This document shows positions 40,642 to 51,145 of a stretch of 64,000 nt of DNA, one piece after another; the first letter of the stretch is position 1; each line of letters begins with the position of its first letter. Made by a program: the position numbers and the translations under genes. The notes beneath the pieces were generated by a model. It was given only the letters and a program-made list of their open reading frames with translations. It did not search any database and was not told where the DNA came from. Source of the DNA: an uncultured bacterium. GTDB lineage: Bacteria; Omnitrophota; Gorgyraeia; Duberdicusellales; CBEUCJ01. Location: contig CBEUCJ010000002.1 of the NCBI GenBank assembly GCA_965541615.1, positions 159,795-223,794 on the forward strand. The letters run 5' to 3'.

Positions 40642-42981
40642 TTATTTTCTGCTCAGCAATTCTGCCCACCTTATAGCAAGATTATAATCTGGCATTAATT
40701 TAAATTCACTAATAAATCTTTTTCTTATTTCCTCTAAATCGGATTGGATGTTTTGCTGTCTTCCAACTAATCTTTCCATCAATCTTTTTATAGCGTAGAA
40801 TAATCTCCATATGCGAATTACAGGAATTTTTCCTTTTTTTAGAAGTTCCTCCTCTTTATAACCAGCATAGAGAATCGTTAAAAAGGAGCGAGGACAACCT
40901 TTATTCAGAATAGCTACAAGTTTACGCGTTACCTCTTTAATTTCTCTAAATCTATCCCATTCTGTACTTACTCCCAGAAAAGTAATCTTGTTTTTACCTC
41001 CTTTTTTAGATTCTTTCTCTGCTTCTGAAGCTAAATTTGCTGCTTCATAGACAGGAAATTTCTTTGAGGGAGCTATATAAATTCCAGCTGAGATTGTAAT
41101 CTGCTGATGTCTGCATACAAACTTTTCAAAATTCTTCTGTATATCATCAGCTATATTTGGTAAATCTGACCAAGGTCCCAAAATAAATAAATCATCTCCT
41201 CCTGAATATACCACACAGCAATTTTCATATTTCTCTTCTACAATATCTCTTATCCCCATAGAAAAAAATAGAGAAATCATATAACTTAACATACTAAATC
41301 TGGAAATAGTCTGTCGAGGGAGTCCTTCTTTGAAAATCTTTCCCAGATTATCAACATCCATCCTTAAAGCTCCCCATCTTTTTATGCCTTCTGCTCTATC
41401 AGAAATTTCCTCTAACGTTAAGGTTTTATTTTTGTCTGTAGGTGTGTATATAGCTTCAAATCTAAAACCTGCGCAATTACCTTCCAGAAAATCCGTTGAG
41501 TTAAGCATATAAATTTCGGTTTCGGGAGTAAGATCTGAAAGATCTATTTTCTTTTTAAATCTCCATTCATAGCCTAAAGCTTCAAATAATTCATGCCACT
41601 TTTTAACCTCTTTGCTCAATTCTCTCTCAGATACTTTTTTCAACTGAATATAATTTGCCGTCTTGATTTCATTTGATAGTGTTTCAAAACTTTCACACAG
41701 AGAACACTTTTCTCCCTCTGATATTTCGCGTCCACATATTTTGCACCCTCCCTGCTCCTTTTCTACTTTAATTGTTCCTAAATCAAACAATTTGTAAGTC
41801 AGTATATCTTTAAACTTTCTTCTTTTTTCAATAGCTAACTTTGCATTCACTCTCTTTAATGCTTTGCCAAAGCCTCCTTTGAAATTCCCTGAACCATCTT
41901 CATCCAACATGAAATCAGTATATGAGATCGGTTCATAACCTATTACTAACGCCAACTTGCCAGCGTGAGCAGAGAAGATTTTATTCTGCATATCTTTATA
42001 TAGTTGTTGTATTCTGGGCTGAGCATTTGTTGTATTAGGGAGAAGAATTGTAAAATTACCTCCTCCACAGTGGATAAGATTGCAAAGTGTGAGATTAAAT
42101 TCGTCAAGAAATTTTCTGGCAGTTGTTTCTGAAAGCAGTTGTAAATAAAATGACCTTCCTCTCAAACCTTTTAAGGCTTCTGATCTGGTAACAGAATAGA
42201 TAAAATCCTGTATTCCAGAAATATCACCTTTTAGAAGAATGAAGTCTTTTTTACTCAGAATTTTGTCATTTTTATACTGCCAAGCCAGAATCATCTTTTC
42301 TAATTCCTTTTCTGAAAGGTCCAAATCATAAAGACAGGTAGCTATAGCGCAGGTTGATTTTAAATGATGAAAAAGAGAAATCTCTGGTATATCTTTGTAA
42401 GCAGAGGAAGGTACAAATAAAGTATATTTTTCTAACAGGTACAAAATTTTGACAATCAAATCATTAAATCTTGAGATTCCTTTTAAATATTCTGCCTCTT
42501 TTCTAAAATATGAATAAAGCTGCTGAAATCCCTGCGTTTTTCTGATAACTTCTTCTTTGTCTTTTTGAGGAAATATTTTTTCAATATTTTTCTCAATAAA
42601 TACAGGAGGACAATAATGTAGGTTGATCTTAGATCCAGAATCTCCATCTTCTTTTATAACTATCTGGGAAAATATGGATATCAAAGGTTCCCTTGAAACC
42701 TCTGGGGTTTCCTCTAATTCTCTTGTTCTTCTTTCTCCAGCTGAAAGCCAATCAGCTAATTGGATTATTTTGTCTTCATATTTAAGAGGATCATGATGTC
42801 TTAAAGCGAAATTTGCTGCCTCTTGCCAAGGAGTATTTTTTAAAATTGACAGAATAAACTTTTCACTAAGAACAGAATGCTTACCCTTTTCACCTCCTCT
42901 CTGAGCAAATTTTCCTATGTCGTGTAATAGAGCTCCTATAATTAAACACTCTCTCTTGGTTTCTCTTATATTATCCTGCAT
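40642..42981 (-). CDS. cas10: type III-A Cas10/Csm1
   Basis: HD domain ALLHDIGK; palm motifs GDISGIQDFIY, LRGRSF, DVDNLG and intact YSGGDD. Confidence 0.97.
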   Translation of the reverse strand: MQDNIRETKRECLIIGALLHDIGKFAQRGGEKGKHSVLSEKFILSILKNTPWQEAANFALRHHDPLKYEDKIIQLADWLSAGERRTRELEETPEVSREPLISIFSQIVIKEDGDSGSKINLHYCPPVFIEKNIEKIFPQKDKEEVIRKTQGFQQLYSYFRKEAEYLKGISRFNDLIVKILYLLEKYTLFVPSSAYKDIPEISLFHHLKSTCAIATCLYDLDLSEKELEKMILAWQYKNDKILSKKDFILLKGDISGIQDFIYSVTRSEALKGLRGRSFYLQLLSETTARKFLDEFNLTLCNLIHCGGGNFTILLPNTTNAQPRIQQLYKDMQNKIFSAHAGKLALVIGYEPISYTDFMLDEDGSGNFKGGFGKALKRVNAKLAIEKRRKFKDILTYKLFDLGTIKVEKEQGGCKICGREISEGEKCSLCESFETLSNEIKTANYIQLKKVSERELSKEVKKWHELFEALGYEWRFKKKIDLSDLTPETEIYMLNSTDFLEGNCAGFRFEAIYTPTDKNKTLTLEEISDRAEGIKRWGALRMDVDNLGKIFKEGLPRQTISRFSMLSYMISLFFSMGIRDIVEEKYENCCVVYSGGDDLFILGPWSDLPNIADDIQKNFEKFVCRHQQITISAGIYIAPSKKFPVYEAANLASEAEKESKKGGKNKITFLGVSTEWDRFREIKEVTRKLVAILNKGCPRSFLTILYAGYKEEELLKKGKIPVIRIWRLFYAIKRLMERLVGRQQNIQSDLEEIRKRFISEFKLMPDYNLAIRWAELLSRK

Positions 42982-43924
42982 ATTTAAAGTTCTTTTGGGA
43001 ATCTAACTTCATCTCATATTTTCCTAATCCAAAGGAGCAATTCTTACCTATATGAATAACTTCACCTAACTTTATAAGATTTAGATATTTTTTAAAATCT
43101 CCTTTGTAAGTTATGCTTCCTACAAATCCTCCTAACTTCATAAAACTTCGTTGTCTGTATGAAAATCTTTGCCAATCGTACCATTTGAGAGATGAATTCA
43201 ATACACTGACAGAGTTTATGTTGTTATTTAAATATTTTCTTAGAATAGAGATTTGTTCTGGATCTCCATAATATTTATTAAGTATGCATATCCTCCTAAT
43301 TAAAACTTTTAGAAAAAGATCAAAAGGTAAATTGTTTATTAATTTTCCTCCCACTTTTATTCGAGTGGGTGAAATAAACTTCAGTGTAAGTAGATCTTTA
43401 TCAAATTTATTTTTGGTAAAAGTGATTTTTACGGGTTTTGCAAAGTTTTTTAAAGTATCTGTTCTGTGATCGTAGATGATTTTATTGTTATTTTTAATCT
43501 TCAACAATTTAAATCTTCCTCTTTTTCCTTTCACACCAATTCCTCTCTCTCCCATTTTCTTAAACACCAATACGAAATATGGAAAATATTCAATAGCTTT
43601 ACCTATAATTATGCACTGGAATTTAAAATACTCTCCCTTTTTGTATTCATTTTTCTTATCGTAGGGAGGTTCTAATATAAATGGTGGTGGGACATCTATT
43701 TTTTTATTGTTATCTTTTAACCGCTTTGGTTCAAAAATAAATTTATATGCGCATGTAGAAGAAACAAAACATTCTTCGCAATTAGCAGCTTGTTTATTTA
43801 TACATACAATTTCTTTAAAAATATTTCCAAAGGCACCTCTAAGAGTTGAACCTTTATAAGGAGGAAAGGTGGCAGGTTCCAAAAATTGTGTGATGATAAT
43901 ATATTTATAAACACCAAGGAGCAA
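42971..43924 (-). CDS. cas6: Cas6 pre-crRNA endoribonuclease (type III-associated)
   Basis: GSTLRGAFG, CxxC..C insert, Gly-rich loop HIGKNCSFGLG; TTG start with GGAGGT RBS. Confidence 0.93.
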   Translation of the reverse strand: MLLGVYKYIIITQFLEPATFPPYKGSTLRGAFGNIFKEIVCINKQAANCEECFVSSTCAYKFIFEPKRLKDNNKKIDVPPPFILEPPYDKKNEYKKGEYFKFQCIIIGKAIEYFPYFVLVFKKMGERGIGVKGKRGRFKLLKIKNNNKIIYDHRTDTLKNFAKPVKITFTKNKFDKDLLTLKFISPTRIKVGGKLINNLPFDLFLKVLIRRICILNKYYGDPEQISILRKYLNNNINSVSVLNSSLKWYDWQRFSYRQRSFMKLGGFVGSITYKGDFKKYLNLIKLGEVIHIGKNCSFGLGKYEMKLDSQKNFKYAG

Positions 43925-44101
43925 CTATTTACCTCCTTGGAGAAAGTAAATCATTTAATTATATACTATTTATTACCACAAAACAATTTAAAAATAAGCA
44001 ATCTCAATTTGCATTCTGTAAATAAATCTTTACCTAATATCTGGTTAAAGGAACATCAAAAATTTATTTTCTTAACAAATTTAAATAGTTTTTCTTAAGA
44101 G

Positions 44102-44590
44102 TTATATTAAATTTTTCAGGTATGGTTTGAAGAGGTAATGAGCTAATGAGAGAATTATAATACTTGTTATCAAAGTAGTTGCAGCATTTAAATCAAAACC
44201 TGTTATTGCAAATCCTAAAGCTGTTCCTGATGCAGGTGGGTGTTCTGTATCTGTGGCTACCATTATGAAAATAGAAAGACCGACAGCAAATGAATACGCA
44301 AAAATAGAACATAAAAAAGATGAACATGGAATTAAAGCACACAAACATCCAGAAAGAAGACCGACTAAATGACCTCCTATGACATTTTTTGGATTAGCAG
44401 TAATACTTTTTGGCATTGCAAATACAATAAAAGCAGTAGCACCTATTGAGGCTATTATTACTGCATACTTCATACTTAAAAACAAAAGTGATATGAATAT
44501 TGTAAGAGTAGCAAGAAAACTTTGAAATACATAGTTTTTCCAAAATAATTTAAATTCTTTAACCATTTTGTATTCCTTTTTATTTTTCAT
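44102..44590 (-). CDS. HPP family membrane protein
   Basis: ASIGATAFIVF, NVIGGH, TEHPPASGTAL. Confidence 0.9.
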   Translation of the reverse strand: MKNKKEYKMVKEFKLFWKNYVFQSFLATLTIFISLLFLSMKYAVIIASIGATAFIVFAMPKSITANPKNVIGGHLVGLLSGCLCALIPCSSFLCSIFAYSFAVGLSIFIMVATDTEHPPASGTALGFAITGFDLNAATTLITSIIILSLAHYLFKPYLKNLI

Positions 44591-44641
44591 CTACTTTCTT
44601 TTTGATCATAAGTTCTTTGGAAAGACATATTAAGTCTATCG

Positions 44642-45043
44642 CTAAGTATGTGAAATAAACCATAAACATTTTTCTTTCCATTCACAATCACCACATATAT
44701 CTTGAACATCAAGGCTATTTTTAAATTTTGTATTTGCAAGCGAAAGGAAATCTTTGATTCTGCCTTTTGTATTTTCTTTCAAATCCAATTTTTTTAGAAC
44801 TTTTATATCCATCTCTTTAACTTTTTTAGCAGAATTAAAATTTTTCTGACATATTCCTCCTATATTGTGAGGGCAACAAGAACAAATAACATCACATTCA
44901 GTAATTATTTCTACTTCTGGATTTGAATCTATTTTCTTAATAACTTCACTCATATTCTTTACAAAATCTTTGTTATAACCATATCCTTGGAATCCTTGAA
45001 TACACAAAAGATGGTGAGCTCGAATCTTTAAGATATCTTTCAT
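44642..45043 (-). CDS. DUF1284 family Cys-rich protein
   Basis: RAHHLLCIQGFQGYGY, CDVICSCCP, CGDCEW. Confidence 0.85.
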   Translation of the reverse strand: MKDILKIRAHHLLCIQGFQGYGYNKDFVKNMSEVIKKIDSNPEVEIITECDVICSCCPHNIGGICQKNFNSAKKVKEMDIKVLKKLDLKENTKGRIKDFLSLANTKFKNSLDVQDICGDCEWKEKCLWFISHT

Positions 45044-45705
45044 TTCTTTATTTTATGGACATCTACTTCACCATTGTAGGATTCTTTAGGAGTGATAGCT
45101 TTTGCTAATGCTGCAGCTACTGTAATTTTAATTATATCTCCAACAATGAATGGAAGGGTTCCTATTTTGAAAAGTTTGCAAAGAGTTAGTTTGGTAGCTT
45201 TGGTTATATAAAACCATAATTCTAACTGTAATAGTCCTGGTCCATGTATAAGAACAAAATTTGCAAATAACATTAATCCAAACATGGAAAGAAAACCTCT
45301 TGCTCTAATATACTTGTCAGTGAAATGACCGATAAATAAAGCAGCTAAGATAAAACCAATTAGATATCCTCCTGTAGGACCAAAAAGAACACTAAATCCT
45401 TTGCTGAAATTAGCAAACCAAGGGATACCAGCTGCACCCATTACTACATACATTGCTTGACTTACTCCTCCCCATCTTTTACCAAGAAGAACTCCAGCTA
45501 ATAATACAGCAAAAGTTTGACCAGTAATAGGCACAGGAGTCCAAGGAAGAAATATTCTTATCTGAGCTACAAGTCCAGTTAAAAAAGCCATTCCCAATGC
45601 CAAAGCAGTTTTATTTACAACAGATAAACTGTAACGCCACTTGAAGAATAAATATCTTGCTCTAAAATACCTTTCCATTATTGTCATATTCTGCATTACT
45701 TTCAC
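45040..45705 (-). CDS. bioY: biotin ECF transporter S component
   Basis: PVPITGQTFAV, GPTGGYLIGF, PFIVGDIIK. Confidence 0.93.
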   Translation of the reverse strand: MKVMQNMTIMERYFRARYLFFKWRYSLSVVNKTALALGMAFLTGLVAQIRIFLPWTPVPITGQTFAVLLAGVLLGKRWGGVSQAMYVVMGAAGIPWFANFSKGFSVLFGPTGGYLIGFILAALFIGHFTDKYIRARGFLSMFGLMLFANFVLIHGPGLLQLELWFYITKATKLTLCKLFKIGTLPFIVGDIIKITVAAALAKAITPKESYNGEVDVHKIKK

Positions 45706-45844
45706 TCTCTAAATTGCTATCCAAAAACTACACACAGCAAATCTGTAAAGTAAAAATATTCTATCAAATTTAGTAAACTTATCCAAGAAATATCCTACCA
45801 GAGTTTTTAAAGATATATTTAAAGGCTGATTTTGAAGAAGTTTT

Positions 45845-46597
45845 TTATTTATGCAACCTTTCATCTAAAGTTCCATCAGGAAGCATCCAATCTGGATGGA
45901 ATTTGCCTTCTTCTTCCATTTGATAACGAACACAACTCTCCCAATCTCCTTTGCAATACAATTCTATCCATTTTTTATCTAACTTTCCTTCTTCATAAAA
46001 TCTTCTCATTGGACACACTAAATACCATTTGCAATCTTTAAGTAATACCTTTAATTTCCTGTAACTTTTTATTAAATCTTGCTTAAACTCAGGATTATAA
46101 AGACAAGTTGCAGGATGAGGCAAAGGTAGTATCTTTTTATCTTCAGTTAAAAAAAGTTTTCCAAAAACTTTAGAGAATTCTTTTCTTGAAGGTGGTAAAA
46201 TTTCATATCTTTGAAAAATGTAATAAGCGGCATAATAACCTAAAGGAACTAAAACCTTTGGATTTATTAATTTAATCTCTTCTTCTAAATAATAACTGCA
46301 AGCTTTAATCTCATCTTGCTTGGGCTTTCTGTATTCAGGAAGCATACACTTAATTAAATTTGTCATATAAATTTCATCTCTTTTAATTCCTGCTTTATTT
46401 AATAACTCATCTAATACCTTTCCTGAAGGACCAACAAACATTCTTCCAGCTTTATCTTCTTTTTCTCCTGGTGCTTGAGCTATTAGCATAATTTTAGCAT
46501 TTAAATTTCCTTCTCCACAGATAGCGTTTGTTCTGGTTTGATATAACCTACATCTTTTGCACTCTTTTATTTGCTTATTTAACTCATAGATTTCCAT
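45845..46597 (-). CDS. family-4 uracil-DNA glycosylase with extra C-terminal Cys-rich domain
   Basis: CKRCRL, AQAPG, FVGPSG, TNLIKC, HPA; tail CKWYLVCPM...YCKGDWESCVRY...HPDWMLPDG. Confidence 0.88.
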   Translation of the reverse strand: MEIYELNKQIKECKRCRLYQTRTNAICGEGNLNAKIMLIAQAPGEKEDKAGRMFVGPSGKVLDELLNKAGIKRDEIYMTNLIKCMLPEYRKPKQDEIKACSYYLEEEIKLINPKVLVPLGYYAAYYIFQRYEILPPSRKEFSKVFGKLFLTEDKKILPLPHPATCLYNPEFKQDLIKSYRKLKVLLKDCKWYLVCPMRRFYEEGKLDKKWIELYCKGDWESCVRYQMEEEGKFHPDWMLPDGTLDERLHK

Positions 46598-46635
46598 CTG
46601 TGAAATAAAATTTTAAGTTTATTTCTGAAAGTTTC

Positions 46636-48261
46636 TTATTGCTCCTGTTTTCTCTTACGGAGAGAATCAATCAAAATAATTAATCCAGAGAGGACAACAG
46701 CTATGGTTATAAGCCAAAAGATGAAAGTAGTATTTTCTAATAAAACATAATTCCAAGTAAGCACTGCTCCTAAAAATAAGATTATAAATCCAGAAACAAG
46801 CTTTAATCTTCTAATCCATAGTTCTTTAAATGTTTTTTTACCTAAAGTTATCGCAAAAATTAAAACGATAATTGCCATTGGAATAACATAAATCAGGTTA
46901 TAGAAAATCAAATAAAGATAATATTTTAAAGGAGACAAAGATTTTGAAGTCAGAATTTTAGTATAAGCTAAAGGAATACCAAAAGTGCAAGCAATTGCTA
47001 CCAAACTTATTGTGCTGGCTATGATGACTGTTCCTATGATCAAAGCTGGAGTAGATTTGGTTAAACTCAAATTTCTTACTCTTTCTTCAAGCTTTAATTT
47101 TTTGCCTTTTGATAAAGAGAGAGAAATTCCTTTTTGAAAGAAAAAATAATCTTTGATATTCAATAATCCAGCAAAAATACAGATTCCTCCAGCAATGGTA
47201 GTTAAAAGAGCGATTTTTCTTCCCAGTATAAATATGTTAAGTAAAAGTGCCATAAATAAAAAATAGTAAAGAGCAAAAAAGAATATAAAAACTCCTCCTA
47301 CCAAAATCATTTTCTTTCTTGCTCCTGCTAAACTTATCAAAGCAGACAAGAGAAAAAATATTACAAAAAAACCACAAGGGTTAGTTAAACCATCAACGAT
47401 ACCTAAAAGGACAGTTAAAGCAGGCAAAGAAAATTCACCTGTTCTTATTTTACCAAATATAGGTATCTCGATTTCTTCAACTGTTTGTTGCTTTTTTACT
47501 GGTTGGTGGCTTATTTTGGACTCTACTGGTTTTTCTGTAATTTTTATTTTTATTGCATTTTCAAATTCAGCATAAGGAATAAACTTTGAACGTGAAAAGG
47601 CACTCCCTGAAAATTTAACTTTTTTGGGTTTGACGACTTTAAATATCTTATTTTTCAATCTTTCAGAAAGATCTTCAGCAAAAAGGAGCTCTTTTAATTC
47701 TTTCTGAGTAAATTTTTCTTTTTTTGTTGTCTTTGGAGGGCTTTCTCCATTCCATTGAAAGAGCCATTCATTTTTATTTAATTTAATTAAGATTCTTCCA
47801 TTAGCCCAAATTTTTGGTTTAGCTTTCAACTCATTTAAATTAAGATCTTCCCAAAATACACTTTTATTTATTAGAGGACAAGGATTAGAACTTAAACTTT
47901 TAATATCATTTTCTGCTTTAGGAACATTAAGCCTTCCTAATCTAACATTATCTTTATCAAAGACTATTTGAGGAACTGCAGAATGAATTTTATACGCAGA
48001 GGTAAATTTTCCAAAATATTGGTAGTTTGGATCTCGCCAATTTCCACCTTTCCATACATATTCAATAATGACCAAATTTGGATATTTTTTTGGCCATTCA
48101 ATTAGAACAAGAGGGTCAACACTAGCACAATTAGGACAACCAATGTAAGTAAAATAAACTGCACAAATTTTAGAACTCAGAGATTTATCTTCAGCAAAAA
48201 CAAAATCAAATTTGACTATACTAATCAAAAAATATATAACAGCTAATATTACTGCTTTCAT
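46636..48261 (-). CDS. thioredoxin-like (CxxC) domain fused to a CcdA/DsbD-like multi-pass membrane domain
   Basis: Signal peptide, FTYIGCPNC; TM region with DGLTNPCGF and IACTFGIP cysteines. Confidence 0.75.
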   Translation of the reverse strand: MKAVILAVIYFLISIVKFDFVFAEDKSLSSKICAVYFTYIGCPNCASVDPLVLIEWPKKYPNLVIIEYVWKGGNWRDPNYQYFGKFTSAYKIHSAVPQIVFDKDNVRLGRLNVPKAENDIKSLSSNPCPLINKSVFWEDLNLNELKAKPKIWANGRILIKLNKNEWLFQWNGESPPKTTKKEKFTQKELKELLFAEDLSERLKNKIFKVVKPKKVKFSGSAFSRSKFIPYAEFENAIKIKITEKPVESKISHQPVKKQQTVEEIEIPIFGKIRTGEFSLPALTVLLGIVDGLTNPCGFFVIFFLLSALISLAGARKKMILVGGVFIFFFALYYFLFMALLLNIFILGRKIALLTTIAGGICIFAGLLNIKDYFFFQKGISLSLSKGKKLKLEERVRNLSLTKSTPALIIGTVIIASTISLVAIACTFGIPLAYTKILTSKSLSPLKYYLYLIFYNLIYVIPMAIIVLIFAITLGKKTFKELWIRRLKLVSGFIILFLGAVLTWNYVLLENTTFIFWLITIAVVLSGLIILIDSLRKRKQEQ

Positions 48262-48310
48262 ATCCCAATTTTTATTTCATAGTAGATATTATTATATCAT
48301 TTCTGAAAAC

Positions 48311-48710
48311 TTACCTCCAGTCAATGAAAAATTTGGAAGGAATAAACCAAAGTAGCGCCACTATTATATCTACAGTGGTAATTCCAATGGGTCGTCTTCA
48401 TTTAATAAAAATCCGTACTAAAACATCAAAGAAATCTGTAAAGAATATAAAAGTAGCAAGGAATATTGCAGAAAAACCTAAGCAATTATTTAAATAATCA
48501 CTGTAGTCAATCTTATTTAACATCGGCTCACCTTCATCTTCTATCCAAAAAGATACAGAAACTTCCTTCTTTTTTTGCTTTAAAGCCCAAGAATATGGTA
48601 GCTCTAAATTGTCCCCTTCCACATAAAGCCCAAGGGAGACCCATCAAAATTTTAAATCCCCCTATCCCCACAATTATAATCCATAACAACCTTCCTATCT
48701 CTGCAAACAT
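48311..48710 (-). pseudogene. probable degraded membrane-protein gene
   Basis: Strong AGGAGG RBS and ATG at 48710 (MFAEIGRLLWIIIVGIGG...); reading continues in another frame (48398-48622 ORF) and past an in-frame TGA with more hydrophobic sequence. Confidence 0.4.
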
Positions 48711-48911
48711 TTCCCTCCTCCTTGTAAAAACGTAAACTCCACTTTAAAATAACAGAACTTATTTTATTCGGACACTCAAAATCTAACTTTATCAAATCTT
48801 GATATAGCAGAAGAAGTCATTTCTGAGATTCTATTTTTCTTTGCATAAAAATTGTTAAGATATATTTTCCTGAGTCTCTATTATGAAGAATAAGACAATT
48901 TATCGAATATT

Positions 48912-49496
48912 TTAGTCTAAAAATAAATTAACTGCTTCCAATATTTTACTCATTAACTCTGTCTGAAGTATCTCTTTCTCGCGACCTACAAGTGGAACCA
49001 TTATCAAGCTGTTCTTTTTTATTTCTATACAATTATTGGAAATGTTTATATAGTCAAATCCTTTTTCAAAAATAAATTTAATAGCTTCACGACGCTCCGC
49101 AGTAAAGAAATCCTTATAGGGTAAATTGGAAACTTCAAGTCTATCTTCAGAGATTTTGTTTTTAGGACCTAAAAATCCATAAGGAGAAGCAGAAATAACG
49201 AATTTATTATTTTTATCTGGAAAGATTTGGCAAGAAAAAGGAAAGTGATGATAAAATTTAATTAAAATGCCACAATCAGATTTATGTGAAGTGAGTTTTA
49301 TTTCTACTCTTTTGCCCTGCCATCTTCCAGTTAACATTGCACTTATAGAGAAGATTGAAGTAGAAATTTCTCCTTTAATTATTGATAAAAGAGGTTTTAA
49401 CCTTCTCTTCAGATAGCAAACAACACTCCAAATCATCCCTCCTACTATCACAAAAAAACTTAATCCTATAAGAATAACCAATGCTAAATTATTCAT
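48912..49496 (-). CDS. hypothetical protein with N-terminal TM anchor
   Basis: 194-aa ORF, hydrophobic N-terminus followed by KRR. Confidence 0.7.
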   Translation of the reverse strand: MNNLALVILIGLSFFVIVGGMIWSVVCYLKRRLKPLLSIIKGEISTSIFSISAMLTGRWQGKRVEIKLTSHKSDCGILIKFYHHFPFSCQIFPDKNNKFVISASPYGFLGPKNKISEDRLEVSNLPYKDFFTAERREAIKFIFEKGFDYINISNNCIEIKKNSLIMVPLVGREKEILQTELMSKILEAVNLFLD

Positions 49497-49586
49497 AAGG
49501 CTCTACATTCTACAAATCTTACCATATCTCTTAAGACTTAGGCAACTTGAGCTGGAAATAAATGTTTGATGTAAAAACTATTGATT

Positions 49587-50003
49587 TTAAGTATTTACTT
49601 TTAAATATTTTTCTATCTCTTCAATAAATTTATCAAATACCCTACAATTTTCTCTTACTTCTTTTATTAAAAGTTTATCCTCTATTTGCCAGTATCTGTG
49701 AATCAAAATATTTCTGAATTCAAAAAATGGTCTTAAGGCTTTATAGGTAGAGAGACTGATTATTTTTTCTTCTCTGGATTTTTCTATTGTCTCTAAATAC
49801 CCTCCTGCAGCTATACCTTTATCCTTAGCTAATATATGTTGCAAAATATTTGCAGAAGCTTCCACTATCTCTATTAAGTCATACTTAATTGCCTTTATTG
49901 TTTTCTTATCTTTAATATCTCCTTTTAAAAAGTCTTTTATCTCTACACTATCTTTTTTAATCTCCAATAAAAACTTTTTTATTTTTATTTTATCTATTTT
50001 CAT
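49587..50003 (-). CDS. HepT-like (DUF86) HEPN RNase toxin
   Basis: FRNILIHRYW (R-x4-H-x-Y). Confidence 0.9.
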   Translation of the reverse strand: MKIDKIKIKKFLLEIKKDSVEIKDFLKGDIKDKKTIKAIKYDLIEIVEASANILQHILAKDKGIAAGGYLETIEKSREEKIISLSTYKALRPFFEFRNILIHRYWQIEDKLLIKEVRENCRVFDKFIEEIEKYLKVNT

Positions 50004-50395
50004 CTCACTTCCTTTAAAAGAGCTTGTGCTTCTCTATATTTATTGCTATACTTTTCTAAAAAATCACCTAATACTTTAAAATCCTTATTAACTATAAGCT
50101 TGCCTTCTTTAAAGAGCCTCTCTAAGAATAGGAGTGAAAAAGCATCTGGATTTTTTAAAATACCATTAAGAATCCTTATATCAAAAATATCACAGGGTAA
50201 ATTCAAAACTTTAGCTAACTTTATCTTCAAATCTACAATAAATTTAAAAGAAACTTTATCCTTCAAATAAACAGCAATATCTATATCTCTAAAATTTTTG
50301 GAATTTATAAAAGAACCGTACAGATAAGCAAAGACTATCTTTTTTTGAGAATCCAAAAATTCCTTTATTTTCTTTATCTTTTTTACGTTGCTCAC
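50000..50395 (-). CDS. minimal nucleotidyltransferase antitoxin (MntA-like)
   Basis: FAYLYGSF...RDIDIAVY; coupled upstream of the HEPN gene. Confidence 0.9.
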   Translation of the reverse strand: MSNVKKIKKIKEFLDSQKKIVFAYLYGSFINSKNFRDIDIAVYLKDKVSFKFIVDLKIKLAKVLNLPCDIFDIRILNGILKNPDAFSLLFLERLFKEGKLIVNKDFKVLGDFLEKYSNKYREAQALLKEVR

Positions 50396-50521
50396 TTTTT
50401 ACTTTATCTTTTGGTCATCAATATTTTTCTAATTCAACTAAAGTTTAACACAGCATCAAATCTTCAACAAGAAAAATATCTGAAAAAAATTCTAAAATAA
50501 TTTTTTCTGTTAATAATTATT

Positions 50522-51106
50522 TCAATACTCTTCACACTTAACCTGATAAAAACTTTTAGGATGACTGCAAGAAGGGCATTCTTGTGGTGGTTCTTTTCCA
50601 AAATGAGTGTATCCACATTCTCTGCAAACCCACCACACTTCTTTTTCTTTTTTAAACAGTGTTCCGGCTTCTACTTCTTTTAGAAGTTTTTTAAATCTTT
50701 CTTCATGATGTTCTTCAGCTTTGGCAATAGCTCTCAAACGCTTAGCAATCTCAGGAAAACCTTCTTTTTCAGCAACATCAGCAAACTCTGGATACATTTT
50801 TGTATGTTCGTAGTTTTCACCAGCTATGGCTGTTCTTAAATTCTCAGCTGTTGTGCCAAGCATTGTTGATACAGATACTTCAACCTTAATTTTGTCTAAT
50901 TTTTCATCACTTTTCTTTTTCAATTCATTAATCAGCCTAAACAACCAGCTTGCGTGTTCTTTTTCATTTTCTGCTGTAATAAGGAAAACTTCAGCAATCT
51001 GTTCAAATCCTTCTTTTCTGGCAATTTTAGAATAAAAAGTATACCTGTTTCTTGCCTGACTTTCTCCAATAAAGGCTTTGGTTAGATTTTTAATTGTCTC
51101 TTTCAC
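50522..51106 (-). CDS. rbr: rubrerythrin
   Basis: [27 protein letters not shown], rubredoxin CRECG...CPSC. Confidence 0.96.
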   Translation of the reverse strand: MKETIKNLTKAFIGESQARNRYTFYSKIARKEGFEQIAEVFLITAENEKEHASWLFRLINELKKKSDEKLDKIKVEVSVSTMLGTTAENLRTAIAGENYEHTKMYPEFADVAEKEGFPEIAKRLRAIAKAEEHHEERFKKLLKEVEAGTLFKKEKEVWWVCRECGYTHFGKEPPQECPSCSHPKSFYQVKCEEY

Positions 51107-51145
51107 AGTTTTACCTCCTTGTAATTTTAAAAATTAACCCCTAAC

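Noticed and set aside
43925-44101. Possible degenerate repeat or CreTA-like mini-array upstream of the type III cas6
   Set aside because: Only a weak ATCTCAAT similarity to the repeat end; no second repeat or convincing spacer.
45706-45844. Possible BirA operator upstream of bioY
   Set aside because: No TGTAAAC-N-GTTTACA-type palindrome is visible, and the BirA in this window lacks a DNA-binding HTH.
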